Part shown: positions 24,485 through 38,006 of the stretch, piece after piece | How positions within the stretch are numbered: the stretch's first letter is position 1 | Layout of the letters: each line of letters begins with the position of its first letter | DNA from: Monocercomonoides exilis PA203 | Taxonomy: Eukaryota; Protista; Preaxostyla | Assembly (NCBI GenBank): GCA_001643675.2 | Contig: LSRY02000035.1 | Span: 992,001-1,056,000, forward strand | Reading direction: 5' to 3' | DNA length: 64,000 nucleotides | Made by a program: the position numbers and the translations under genes | The notes under the pieces: model-generated | Told to the model about the DNA's origin: nothing | Database searches by the model: none | The model's input: only the letters and a program-made list of their open reading frames with translations

Positions 24485-27019
24485 ATGAAAAGCAATGTCG
24501 ATGATCCAATTCTTGAAACTTTGCTTTCAGAAAAGCTTCGGACACTTACAAAAATTTCGAAAAACGAACAGTATGCTCAAAAGTTTGATATATGGATGAT
24601 TTTGAATGATTTTTGTTATAGGCCAAAACATAATTATTATGAAGTTCAATCTCAATTTTGGAATAGAAAGGTGAAAAGTGAGATGTTTTATGAATCAATT
24701 GTTGGAACGACTTCTACTGAAGGAAAATATTTTGGAGGAGCTACACAGTTTCCTTGCGAACCTGCACTTTCTTACTCTGAGTTGATGCAAAAGAAACGTT
24801 TAGAAAGAAACATTCTTCCAGAGACACAATTATTAACCGAAATACACTCATCTCCATATTTAAAAACACCTCAGTTTAAAATTCAATCTGTTAATGATGA
24901 AAGCAATACTGTTATAGAACGTGGTGAAGACTATGTGGCAAAAAGGCGCGCTCGTGAAAATTGGCTATCAAAGTCAAAAGAAGAGAAGCAAATGATCATT
25001 GATTGCTTTCTTGAAAAAGAACGAAAGATACACGAAGCCATTAAATTCGAAGAAGAAAAGAAGAGACAATCCGAAGAAGAGGATAAAAGAAAAGCTGAAG
25101 AAGAAAAAGCAAAGGAAGAGCAAGCAATTCTTTTAATAGAAAAAGCTAAAGAGGAAAAAAAGAAGCAAGAAATGGCTCGAATTCAAGCTGCCATTGCAAA
25201 AGCAAATGAAGAGAAAAAGCGAAAAATGAAGAAGAAAGCTGAAGAAAGGAAACGTCTTATTGAAAATCCACCAGAAAAGAGATTGCTAGAGTGGGGAAAA
25301 GAAAGAGACAGGTATTTGGATACAATCAGAAGAGTCGAATTAGAAAAAGAGATGCTTGACGTAACTTTTCATCCGAAAATAACGACTCTGAAAGAGAATG
25401 TCATAAAAGGGGATTGGAGGAAACATGTTCGGAATCATAAAAGAAAGAATTCAAGTTCGATGACTGACAGTCTTATTAATAACGAACAGAGCGAATTCTT
25501 CGAACAAAAAGAAGAATACCGATACATGTCAACATGCAATAAAATAGAGACGCACGAAGAGAAAAAAATCAGTCGTTGGCTTGAGTTTCAGAGAAAAGAA
25601 GAACAAAGATGGCTGAAGAAAAAGCAAGAGATCGAAGAACTGAAAGCAGAAAAAACTATTTTATATAGCCCCATGAATAGACGCCTGTCAAAAGGCTCAA
25701 ATTTTGTTGGAGGCGATGAAGCTTTAAGAACAAGTCATACAAGAGATGCCGATAAAAGGATGACTGAAAATGAGACATACTACGATAAATCTTTTGCGGA
25801 TACCAATCTTGATGCATCATCAACAACAGAGGAAAATATTCAAATTCATTCTTCTTCTTCTTTTTCTCCATCTGTTTTTGAGCGACCATCGAACTACTCC
25901 TGTTCTTCATCTCTTATCCAATCAGCTGCTTGTCAACATTCTTATTCTCCAGTTGCGCACTCTTGCGTTTCAGAAAATGCCTCCAGCTGTTTTTTATCAC
26001 CACAACTTCAATCACCTTTTCGTGAGCATATAAATTACTCTTCATTACAGAAGCAGCCGCAATTCATCAATAGAGTTCCACATGACGCAATTCCTTCTCG
26101 GCTACAAGCTGCTTTTCCAACTTTTGTTTTCCAAGGTTGTGAACCCTCGTCATTTACCATTAATTTATCAAATTATAAATATGATTTGCTACAGAAGGAT
26201 AATTACAACAAAAAAGATGAATGCAACGGAGGACAAATCTTTCACCACAATTTTGCAGAGAAAATGATGGACGATGATTTGAAGACAAAAAGCGATATGG
26301 ATTTAAGTCGTGAATATTCTAAAGAAGAAACGGAAGCCTCCAAAAGCTTGGATTTGGAAAAGAAGAAATTTGATTTCAGAATGAAAGCAGATGAAACATT
26401 GAATGAAAACGAGAAATATGAAAAAGAATTTGTGAAAGTGATTGAAAATAAAAAAACAGAAGATATTAAAGATCTCGGAAAAGGAACGACGCTTGATTTG
26501 GAAAATACTGCAAAATGCATGATTACATCAACGAATATAACTATAAACCAGAACAATTTTCAAAGCAAAAGAAGTTTAAATGCGACAAGTGAACCATGCG
26601 AACAGGGACAAAATCAAATGGACGAAAAACAGCTTCTGTTTGATGAGAATAAAGTTGGAGTTGATATATCAAAACTTGAGGGAAACTTGCAAGATCAAAA
26701 CACGGAAAGAAGTTCAGGAGCCAAAAGCCAAGTCAATAGCAAAGAAAAAGCAGAAAAAGAAAAATGCAAAAACGAATTTAACGAAAGAACTGAACATTTA
26801 GATGAAACAAAAACGAGTTGCACTGATGAAGACGTTGCAAATAGAAAATCTGAATCAATCGATTATCAAATTACAAATACAGATTCAAATCTTGATGAGA
26901 CATTGATAAATAAGCCAAGTGCAATCAATACAGTAAACACAAAGAATGAAAAGATCGTGAATATTCAATTAGAGAATTCAGGTGACAGATTGCTCAAAGA
27001 AAAGATAGCAGATAAATAA
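24485..27019 (+). CDS. hypothetical coiled-coil protein
   Basis: 844-aa uninterrupted ORF with E/K-rich helical segments and a TFHPKI motif. Confidence 0.75.
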   Translation: MKSNVDDPILETLLSEKLRTLTKISKNEQYAQKFDIWMILNDFCYRPKHNYYEVQSQFWNRKVKSEMFYESIVGTTSTEGKYFGGATQFPCEPALSYSELMQKKRLERNILPETQLLTEIHSSPYLKTPQFKIQSVNDESNTVIERGEDYVAKRRARENWLSKSKEEKQMIIDCFLEKERKIHEAIKFEEEKKRQSEEEDKRKAEEEKAKEEQAILLIEKAKEEKKKQEMARIQAAIAKANEEKKRKMKKKAEERKRLIENPPEKRLLEWGKERDRYLDTIRRVELEKEMLDVTFHPKITTLKENVIKGDWRKHVRNHKRKNSSSMTDSLINNEQSEFFEQKEEYRYMSTCNKIETHEEKKISRWLEFQRKEEQRWLKKKQEIEELKAEKTILYSPMNRRLSKGSNFVGGDEALRTSHTRDADKRMTENETYYDKSFADTNLDASSTTEENIQIHSSSSFSPSVFERPSNYSCSSSLIQSAACQHSYSPVAHSCVSENASSCFLSPQLQSPFREHINYSSLQKQPQFINRVPHDAIPSRLQAAFPTFVFQGCEPSSFTINLSNYKYDLLQKDNYNKKDECNGGQIFHHNFAEKMMDDDLKTKSDMDLSREYSKEETEASKSLDLEKKKFDFRMKADETLNENEKYEKEFVKVIENKKTEDIKDLGKGTTLDLENTAKCMITSTNITINQNNFQSKRSLNATSEPCEQGQNQMDEKQLLFDENKVGVDISKLEGNLQDQNTERSSGAKSQVNSKEKAEKEKCKNEFNERTEHLDETKTSCTDEDVANRKSESIDYQITNTDSNLDETLINKPSAINTVNTKNEKIVNIQLENSGDRLLKEKIADK

Positions 27020-27260
27020 ATTTTTAAATGAGACTTGTACAAAGCCAGAAATGAAAGAATAGAAAAGGCAAAGGTTACAAATTGAAAAAAAAAATCAATT
27101 TTTTTTTGTCGTTATTTCTTCACTTCATTTTGATGAATCTGGATAATAAATCACTTTTAGCAAACTTATAAAAATAAAATTTTGTTCCGCTTTGTGAAAT
27201 GAATGATAATAATAAAAAAACAAAAATTGCGAGTTATGAAATTCTTCGAATTTCATTTTC

Positions 27261-28712
27261 TCAAACATTCACAAGATAATCTGAAAATTTCGACGATGTG
27301 TCAAAATAATGTTTTCTGTAGAGATAATAAAACATTTTATGAAAGCTGGTGATGGTATCTTCGTGTCCTTCTTCTTCCAGCTTTTTAAAAACCTTCCTTT
27401 TCGTTGCCTTTCTTTTCATTTCTTCCTTTTTTTCTTTCTCCTTTTCTTCTAATCGATATGAAACATTCGCAAAGAATTGCAAGCAATCAAATAACATTTT
27501 ATCATCCACTGTTTGTTGCTGAATCACCTCCAAAATAGCATCAATTGCTCGCCTTTCAACAACTCATCAATTCTCACGCATTCGTTTCCTGACATTTGAA
27601 TAAATATGAAAATGCACCACTCGCTTATTTCTCTGAATTTCTCCTTCGCTGCTCGATATATCTGAACAATGCTGCTTAAAATCCCAATAAATTCTTCATT
27701 CCACAATTCGCATGAGTGAAAATAGGACTTTATTGTTTTGAGCCACCTCATTAACCTAAACACTTTTTCCTTTTCTTTTTCTCCTTCCTCTTCTTTCCCT
27801 CTCTTCCATTCAATACATTTCATTAACTCTTCCAATTCCCTTCTTGCCTCTCTCAAAAAATACAGCTCATTCACAATCTCTCCCTCCAAACTTCTATAAA
27901 TCCGAAGTCGGTAAACCAAAAACTGCCAAGCAGACTGATAGGCAAGTTTTGTTAGATTTTTGTGTTTCTGTTGATGTTTGATGATTTCTGTAATCTCCTT
28001 CAAATACAGTTCTCGTTCGATAAACTAATAAGAAATAAAGGGGAAAAAAAGTAAATTAAATAAAATTGAAAAAGAAATGTTCAAACAAATAATTCGTCAA
28101 TGTAGCTCAAAGCCATCAAAGCCATTTCTGCTTCTTTTTGAACTTCCTCGCTTTCCTCTTTCTTCGAGGCAGCTTTCAAAAGGCAAGGCACACAAATCGA
28201 TAACAATTTTAATGAAGTTTCACCTCTGAGCAAAAGATAGCACAAACAAAGATCAGTCAACAGATTTTCATTTTTTCCATCTTTTTTCTCATTTTCATCA
28301 ATCATCATCTTCCTTATCTTTTCCTTCAAAGAAGATTTTTCAAAGTCAGAAACCCAAATTTCTTTCAATGTCTCGTAATATCCAATGTACTTCAGCAAAA
28401 AAATTGCATTTTCCATTGACATTTTCTTTTTTTCAATCATTTTATTTATCTTTTCGAGCATTTCAACATCTAAAATAAAAGAAAATTCAATTACATTCAT
28501 TTCATCAACTATTTCATTCATTTCTTCTATTTTCTTTCTCTGCTCATCTTCATTGCATTCTTTCAATTCAGAAAACAATTCTTCAAAAAATTTATTTTGA
28601 TGGAAAGCGCTGGACACTCAAAAAATAGAAAAATAAACAAACTTGAAAATTTATCCTTTAGAGAGGGCTCCTGGATATCATCATTGGATTTGTGTTCATC
28701 ACACATTTCCAT
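27261..28712 (-). pseudogene. member 1 of an expanded Lys/Glu-rich alpha-helical gene family, frameshifted near 27550
   Basis: LFSELKECNEDEQRKKIEEMNE, ICVPCLLK, LAYQSAWQFL and KLEEEG shared with 38007-39330. A 1-nt loss near LLKG splits the last exon; this could be a sequencing error. Confidence 0.75.
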
Positions 28713-28759
28713 TCTGTCTATTATTAGCAAAGATCAATTTGCAGCAAATTTTCAAATGA

Positions 28760-28801
28760 AAAAACAGAAAAACAAACAGAAAAACAAACAGAAAAACAAA
28801 C
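28760..28801. repeat. 12-bp tandem repeat (AAAAACAAACAG) x ~3
   Basis: Seen directly. Confidence 0.7.
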
Positions 28802-31800
28802 ATTGTTGATAATTGACAAAATAAAAATATAATTGTCAAAATCAATTCTTTTGCTTCGTAAAAATCTGTGGTAAAAAAAAGAAATCACAAAGAAGCTGCA
28901 ATGTTGGTCGTATTTAGCCAAATACGAAAGAGTTTAATTTCTTTCTGATCGAACCAACAATAATATATTTTTAGGATCTGGATTGAATTTCGATGAAATT
29001 TTTGAACATATTGAAAAATATCCCACATGTCTGGAATTGAGTATTAAAAAAAAATATCTATTTTAACATTCTGAGTGGAACAAAGAAGGGGAAATTTTGT
29101 GCTTTTTTGAACTTTACAAAGAAGAAACAAAAAAGCAACAATTTGCACATTAAACTGAACATTTTAACGTTGTTGCAAATTAAAATTCAAACATAAATAT
29201 TACACTTATTTTCCTCACATTTAGAGTTATCTGGAAGCTTTCCTTGTCAGAAATGATTTTTTCTGTTTTTTCAAGATATTTGCTGGTTTCCTTGGATGTT
29301 TCGATTTAACGTGTTTGATGAAATCATAAGCGATCGGGATACTTTTATAATTCGTTCCTCTCTTGAGCGGGTTATCAGGTTGAAGGCAAATTGATAAAGG
29401 AAATCATTATTTTGTTGTTCCACATTTTTTGATTTTCGGGTGCATGATAATTGAATGCATAAGAGAATTTATCAAGGCAACAATGGACAACATCGTAGAT
29501 TGAGCATTGAAAGAGATTTTATTCCAAAAGGCTTTGGGATTGAGCGAAGATGAAAGGCTTCGACATGGCAAAAGAAGATTTATTCAATATGCGGAACCAA
29601 GCGCATGCAAGATTGAGAATTCATTTCAATATGCAAATCGATCAATGGTGTTGTCACTTGAAGTGCATTATCTGTATAGACGTTTATTAATATTTTTTTT
29701 GGAAAATACATCATTTGGATCGTTTTGATGATAATCATTGATAAGCCAATTTCAGCGTGAATTTCTAGACAAAGACTGAAACAATTCAAGTGATGCCGAA
29801 GCGAACCCGGCAAGATAGAACAGACTACGATTGAGGTGTTTGATTTATTTAAGGTGCATTATCCAACTTGAGCAACATTCACACATTTTTAATTTTTATA
29901 AGAAAGAAGGAAATCATAAAAAAATTTATAAATTACTCAAACTTTTTCAGCAATGATAATTTCATGTTTTCAATTTTTTTTTTCTTTTTATGTTGCACAT
30001 ATATTCTTTTGACTTCAGTCTGTAAAAATAAATGGCTTGGAAGAAATGATAAAAGACAGACTGCTTCAATCAGAGAGGCAACAATATGAGCTTATTGAAA
30101 AAAGAGTATTACCTCATTTATTGATGCATATTTTTATCTTTTAGTTCTTTTTCTTTCTTTTCTTTTAAAATTTATTGGTTTATTTTGTGAACTTCTTTTT
30201 AAACTTCACTCAAAAAGTGTTTCTTCTTGCGGCTTCTCATCAGTTCCATCCACAAAAATCTTCAGTTGCTTGTGAAGACACTCACCCTAATCGGATTTGT
30301 TGGCCTGCGTTTTTTTTTGACAGCATCTGCCTTTGAATGTGTCTTTCTTGTTTCTTTCCATCTTAATCGTTGAATCGCTCAGAAAATTGCTGAACAGCAG
30401 CTGGATGGAGAGAAGCGATATAAACAGAATGGAGATGTTGCCGCAGCCAGAGGATTCTGTTGAGAGATATAAAGGAGAAGGAGAAGAAGAAGGAGATAAA
30501 GAAGAGAGGAAGGGAACAGTATGAAGGGCTTATGATGTTGTTCAATTCTCCGTTTGAACAGTTTTCAGCGAATTCGAGTGATCTGGCGAAGAAGATGTTG
30601 CTTAGGGTGCTGGGTTCCCTTCATCAGTTTTTGTGGTTGCTACTTTCCTCACGAAAAGAACACTGCGTGAGGCTTAATTAGAAGGAGAAATGGAACCGCC
30701 TTTGGACAAATTGCGATGTGAGTCCGAAGCTATTTTTTGGGGAAGATGTCAAAAAGACAAGAGAGAGAAGAAGAAGAAGGGTGTTAATGTGTATTAATTA
30801 GATTGTTGAATGATTTTTTTTGATTTTTTTTTTTATTTACCGAAATTTTATTCAATGAGGAAAAAATCAAATAAAATTATTTTTATCAAATGCTTTGTTT
30901 CATGCAACTCTTTCAATATTATATCATTTCACAAACTTCAATGTTTTATCGCTTTTTTTTTTTTTTTTTTTTTTTGCCATTTCGTTGTTGATTAATATTT
31001 TCAATTTTTACAACAAAGCTGGTTATTGATAATTATGAATGACAAGCAATCTTTTCAATTCATCAGAAAATCAATAAACACAAAAAGTCATTCAAAAAAT
31101 AAGAAATATTTTCAAACAAAAAACATTCGTTTTGGAAATCAAAATCTTTAAAAGAAGATAAGTCCCGCCATTGGATCTGATGGATTTGTTCGAGAAAAAA
31201 ATGGCAAAACAAAATTCTCCCTGAAGAATGCATTGAAGAAGAAAAAGATTTGAAAGAAAAAAAGCAAATTCATAGGAATTGAATTTCATCACCAAAATCG
31301 AGAACGAAGAATTCAACAAGGTGCATTCCATGGTTGTTCTTGAAATAAAAAAAGAGCGAATGAATCAAACATTTCTTTTCCTGGCGCACAAAAACAAGCA
31401 GATGATTGAACTGCATTTTCTTTTCAGCTGTCCATTTTTGAAGGCTGGTGCTCTGAATAGCATGAAAGTGCAAAGCTGTTCACTTGTATTGCTGAAGCAC
31501 TTGATCTGCATCAGGATGTGTGTTGATAGTGGGCATTCGCAAAGGCATGACTGCGACTGTGGAAGGAACAAACAGTGTGCGAATGCCTTCATGCTCCAAA
31601 GGCTGACGACATTCAGCTGCGAGCAGTGGGAGATGTATGGTCTGTTCGCTACTGCTGATTGGATCGTTATTGGCATGGTGCAGCCAGCTGAGTGTGTCGT
31701 GATCAGCAAGAAACCCAATGGTGAAGCCTTCATCACTCTTTCGAGAAAGTAGTCAATGATAACGGAAATGACACATTCGAACTCCCTCTCTCGACTCATG

Positions 31801-32929
31801 TCTTTCCATTCATCTAATTATCCCAACTGTTCCCACAAAACTCTTTTCTTCCACACACATCGCTATCATCTCAAATTCATTTCCCTTTTGATTTATCAAA
31901 TGCATTCGTTTATTTCACGTGTGTGTTCACATCGCACTCAGCCGCCTTCGTCCACAATGCTCAACTTCTGCCACATCCAAAGTGGCGCGCCTGCCACAAT
32001 TGTCCATTCCAGCAATGAGACTTTCATGGAAACAGCCAAAACCCCATTCATCAACCAGATTCGGAAGAGCCCACACAGATGCTGCAATGGTCGCTCCCTG
32101 GATAGGCAGACAACATCCATCTTCTGAGTGATGCTTGCTCAATATGTTCTTTTTGTCACATACGGTAACAGAGAAGCGTGATTGATATGAAGAAGCTGGC
32201 GCTTCCATCACACATCCTCCCTTCATCCATTTTCCAATCGCTTTCTTCATCATGCCATTTGCAATTGGCAATGCAATGAATTGCTCCCTCTTATCATCAT
32301 TCCCCACACCAAAGTGATGATTTTCCATTTAAAAAATATGTTATATTCCTGGGCTTTGGAAAGGTCACAGATGGAAATATCTTCACAATCAATAGAACAA
32401 TATAAAACACACACATACAGATGCCTTTAATTAAAAAATAACATGATATATTTTCTATCTCATCAAATTTTCAAAAATTATCAGACAGAATTCCAAATTA
32501 TTGCATCTCCATCATTTCCAGCTGTTATCATATGAAATAATATTTCTTGTTTCATAGAAAATGTTCACTCTCATTCCAGATCTTTGGATAATTATTTAAT
32601 TTCGAAGATAACTATTTGATCATTGGTTCCATACCAACAATCATTAAAATATAAAACGTTGTTAATATATTAATATCCAATAAAAAATGCAAATGCACGG
32701 AATGATGGTGTGAATGCTCATATATGTTTATGACAATTTTGAGATTTAATTATTCACCAATTTCATCTATCCAAACACATGCGAATTCAATGCGAATATG
32801 AAAATATGTTGTTTTCTGGGAGAAATATTTATCGAAAGCAGGCTATGAATGCAACAAAAAAACTCAGCGGTTTATATTAAATATTGCATTTGAATTGTTG
32901 AAAATTTGATTCCTTTCAACATTTTTCAG

Positions 32930-34245
32930 GACTGATTCATGAACTGGAAGATTGCTCTGATGCCGAGCGCAAACAGAAAATCGTAGAAAACGATGACATA
33001 AATGATTGAAAGAATAAAATAGAATTTATATCTGTTTTCACACAAGATTTGTTCAAAAAAATCAAAAAAATGATTGTAGAAAAGAAAATATCAATGGAGA
33101 ATGCAATTTTGTTGATGAAACACATCGGATGCTTTAAAGTGCTGAAAGAAGCTTGGAGTTCTGGATTTGAAGAATCTTCGCTGAATAAAAGATTTGAGAA
33201 CATGATTATTGAAGAAGACGAAAGAAAAGAATGAAGGAACGAAAAGCTTCTTGTTGATCTTTGTGAATGCTATGTTTCTTTAAGTTTCTTCTTCCCATCG
33301 GAGTTGACATCAATTTGTGGTTCCTGTCTTCTGATAGTTGCCTTAAAGAAAGATGAAGACGAGGAAGCACACAAAGAAGTGGAAATGGCTTTGATAGCGA
33401 TTAGCAACTTTTGCTTATTTGAAGTTAGCATTTCTTTTTCATTTTTGATAGTGTTGAATTATCTTCTTCTTCTTTTTTGAATAGAAAATTGATAATAAAC
33501 TATTCCTGAATGAAATCAAAGAAATCATCAAATATCATCAGAAACAACACAATCTTACTCAATTATCTTTTCAATCTGCTTGGGAATTCTTGATAAAGCA
33601 ACAATGGTTCAACAGAAGCTTGAAGGGAGAGATTTTGAACGAACTTCATTTTGCGAGAGAGGCAACAATAGAATTGGTAGAGCTGACAAGAAATGTTGAT
33701 TGGGAGAGAAAAGAAGAGAAAAGAGGAAAAGAGTCAAAAGAAAAAGCTTGTTTTGAAGAGATGGATGCAAGCATATAACATTTATTTTGGCGAGTGTCAA
33801 TTGCAGAATGAAGACTTTGTTAAGATTTTAAGCAGTATTTTCCATGTATTTCGAGCAGCAACGAAGAATAATGCAGAAATCGTTTTCATTTGTATCCAAA
33901 TATATTTGGTAGCAGTGAATAAAATATTAACAGGAATTGATGACTTTCTGAAAAGCGGAGCAGTTGATTCTGGTTTGAAGGAGATTCAGCAAACAACAAA
34001 TGAAAACCTCACTGCATGTATTTGTTTGGAATTCTTTTTGAAGCTTTCAGAAAGATTGAAAGGAAACTCAGACGATGAAATGGAAGAAGAGAAAAGAAAA
34101 GAGATGAAAAGGAAAGTGCTTGAAAAAATAGAAAAAGTTTGATATGAAGATACCATCGCATGTTTTAATGAAATATTTGATTCTAAATGAAAGTTACACT
34201 AATGAATTATCATTGGATATTTCGGATTATTTTGATAACGTTTAA
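32930..34245 (+). pseudogene. member 2 of the expanded helical family, with several stops and frameshifts
   Basis: Fragments KKISMENAILL, LLVDLCECY, FQSAWEFL, NELHFAREA and LKSGAVDS match members 1 and 3. Confidence 0.8.
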
Positions 34246-37200
34246 CCAAATTCGTTTCATTTTGTTTTGTTACTCAAAAACTGTCTTTTTCAATTTTCAT
34301 CATTTTGCAAAATAACAAAAAATTGATTGAAGAATTTTTGTTATTGTTTTTATTTCCTCTTTCAATAAAAAAGAAAAATCAAAAAAATCCATTATTTTTT
34401 TTCCTCAACAATAATTGTCATTGAATGAATATCAGTCTTCCGTCTTTATCTGGAAGAATCATTTTATTAAAGAAAAATATACTGTTCAGAAATTTCCTCT
34501 GAAACCTCTGGTTCACTTTGCTTTTTCTCTTTCTCAACGCATTTTCGATGAATCCAAGAAGAAAAAATGGAATGAAATCTATTCTTGAGAAGAATACGAT
34601 CAAATATTTGAAGAAATGTTTGTTGAATTCAATGCTCAGCTTTGTGGATACCATGTGCAACAATAAACGCAGCTGAAAAAGAAGCGAATCCAATGCTCCA
34701 ATTCAGAACGGGAATGGCAGAATAAGCCAATCAGAATTAATGGCTCTTCACATTCTTTTCATTTTTGTTCATTTCTTCATATCTCTTAATTCTTTTTCTT
34801 TATTTTCAATTGTCATTCTTTGCATTTCTCTTCATTCCTTTTATCTCCTCTTCTTGAATAAGGATACTCGTTTCATTCATTTCGTCTCAAAATGCAATTC
34901 TTCATAATTTCACTCAAATTCCATCTCTATCTCTTTCTTTTTCTTTCATCATTCAGTTTTCATCTGTCTTTTCCTATTGATGGAGAAAGAGATGAAACCT
35001 CATTCACATTCTTTTCTCACAATATCATCTAAAAGTTCTGCTCCAATTGCATTTACTCTTCAGCTGCTTTGTAACATAAATAAATATTTCTTCATTCATC
35101 AATCATTTTCTATCCTTTTTCTCTTTCCTAAACTGATATCCCTTAATCTCTGTTCAAAATTGTTCTTTTCCTCTCCATTTTTCTTCAATTCATGAAATGT
35201 TCCAAAAATCTATTCTTCCAAATTCGCTTTTTTCTCAATTCCAATACAAATGCAATGCATTCCTTCAAATTCAACACCTTTCATTTTGGCTTGTTGAGAA
35301 TGAACTGAAAAGACAAAGCAAATGAACTCACAGCTTTGATGCAAATGATTGATGTGTTCAATGGAAAAGTCTTCACTTGCCTTTTCTCTTCCATTTTCCA
35401 ATAATTCTGTTTTCGTTGACACTCAAAATGAAGAAGAAGAAGAAGAAATTCTGTTTTAAATTCTCATGCTTTTTTAAAGATAATGTTGATGATGATAGAA
35501 GAATAAGAAGAACAAAGAAATATCAGATGTGAGGTGTTTCATGTTTGTTGATAGTTTGTAGTGAAGAAAATGAAACAAAATGTGTTTTTGGAAAACGGTG
35601 ATGAAGAAGATGAAAAATGATGATTTTGGTCGAAAGAGAAGAGCTTCAAGAGAGATGAACAATGAACGAGAAATCAGCAGCAGAATTGACAGATGGATGA
35701 AATGTTGAAGAATAAATCAGTGAGTGGGAAAGTTGATTGAATTACCAATGAAGATGAAGAAAATCATGAAGATATAAATGTCTTCTGATATTCAATGTCT
35801 GCCTTCTGCTTCAAATGTCCAACAAATTGAATTGCAAATCAAATAGTTGTTCTGCCAGAACATGATAATAATTCTCCAAACAAAAACTCAATGAAAAGAA
35901 AGTGCCAAATCCATCTCTGTGAAAGCGACTTGTCTCTCTTTTCGGTTGGGCTGATTTCCTTGTCTTCTCCACATCACTTTTCATAATCTTTTGTCATTTT
36001 CTCTTTGTTTCATTCATCTGTGTTGATGTAAATGTCAGAAATGCTTTCCAAAAAAAAGTTTCTTCAAAGGCGATGTCTAATCGGGCAATGTTCAAAAAGA
36101 AAGGATATAATTCAGATTCACTCAATTTTCGCTCATTCCGCATCCCAATGATGGAAGAAGATGAAGACGAAAAAAATAAACCAAATACGGCTGTCAGCAA
36201 TAAAATATGTAGAAGAAGATAAGCAGATATCAGTAATGAAATTCATCTCTCTTCTGGTGCATTTTTCTTTTAATTTGAGCCAAATAAGCACATATCTTTT
36301 GCACCTCTTGCAGAAAACTCGTATTAAGAAGCTTTTCTTTCTTAAATGATGCTTTCAGAACAACATTTCATTTGCTTCGAAACAGAAGTATTGGCAAAAG
36401 AAATGGTAATGCTTCTTCTGCAATCGGGGCTCAATATAATAAAATAATTTTCCAATTGAGAAATCTTTGAATTTGATTTTGAGAAAGTTGAAGAAGAAGA
36501 AGAGGAGGAGGAAGGAAAATAATGGTTAATATGAAAAGAAAGGAGAGAAGGGAGAAACAGAAGAAAAATAAGAAAAAGCATCTGAAAGAGAAATGGAATG
36601 AAATGAGCTCGATGATGCTCTTTGGACGAGCTGAGTGACAAAGACAAACAAAATTCATCTAAAGAAAATGCATTCATTATGAACAGATACGAATTTCGTA
36701 ATGTCCAACAGCAACAACAGAAGATTGATCCAATCCATGTTGCAACATGAGAATTTGATGGTTATTCAAACAACAAATTCTCAAATAAGAAGAAGATGTT
36801 CTTTTCATCGGCCAAATTAAAAAAAATCTCGTCAATGAAGAGATTGGAGGAGGAGAAGAAGAGACTATATAATCCGCAAAAATGCAACTTGAAATGGATT
36901 GTCACCAGGAATGACGCTCAACATAAAAAAATGCTGTTTGCTGGAATGGAAAAATGGTTTAAAAAATACATAAAAATAATTAGTTTTGCATTGATTATAA
37001 AAATTCCTCAAAAGAACACATACACCCTCCCTATTGCAAAAGTAGAAGATTGTCCAATCACTGACGCTTTCAATCTCCTTTTCCATTGTTTCCCTATGCT
37101 CCTTTCTCCATCATCCTTTTTTCTCCTTAAATATCCTTCTTTCTATGTTTTCACACTTTTTTTCCTGAAAAAAATATCTCCGAATTTTTTCTTTCCAAGT

Positions 37201-38006
37201 GCTAGACAAATATTTCCATTCTTCTTTTAATTCTCAACCAAATGCTTTGAAATCAAATTTGTTTTCTTCCCATTTCTTTTCTGAATAATAAATTATGCAA
37301 TTCACATCTGCTGATTGTATCTCAGCATCCAACTCTCTTCTGATGTTCTCCTAGGAAAATCAAATTAACGGACATTCAAATAATTAATCAGATTCTTGCG
37401 CTCTGAGAAGGCCACTGATGGAATCATCTTTAAAAATGAACAAGAACTATAAAAACCATACAAACATTTATATATTTTCTTTCAATAATTCAGAAATTGC
37501 AATATTCACTTCAAAGACGCTTTTCACAAAAAAATCGTCTTCCCCAATTCCATCACCAATTCCCCGCTGTCTTTGCTTCGTATCGCCACGCAAAATAATA
37601 TCTCCTATCCTGCAGAAAATATTCGTTTGTTGATCTCTCATTCCAACAATGGACAATCATATTCAAAGAAAATGATGTTTTTTGATCATAATATCCATAA
37701 CAACGAACAGAAAAACAGAAAAAGCGTTGTTTCTCTTCATAATATTTTGTTAAAAATGTCAGCAAAAGAAAGAACGGTTTGAATGCACATATTTTTATAT
37801 CTTTTGTGGTTTTGATTTTTCATTCACTTCTTCTATCCAATGATATTCAAATTCAACGTGAATATCAAAATGGTATTGTTTTCTTGAACAATTTTAATAA
37901 AAAATCTGTATAAAGGAGACAGACAGCACAAAAAAGTTCAATGGTTTGCATTCATTGTTGCATTTGAATTCTGCCTTATTCTGATTAAACTATTTTCTAT
38001 TCTCAG

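Noticed and set aside
7279-27019. Non-standard genetic code (TAA/TAG read as Gln, as in some oxymonads)
   Set aside because: Long genes contain no in-frame TAA/TAG, and WNK, TMEM62-like and the 844-aa ORF end in TAA.
29200-29830. Possible decayed DDE transposase fragment
   Set aside because: Only vague motif echoes, with no TIRs or catalytic residues I can pin down.
30100-32330. GC-richer patches with short ORFs, one weakly kinase-like
   Set aside because: No convincing motif set; probably pseudogene debris that cannot be identified without a search.
34400-37800. Coding-like degenerate sequence
   Set aside because: No sustained ORF or recognisable domain.
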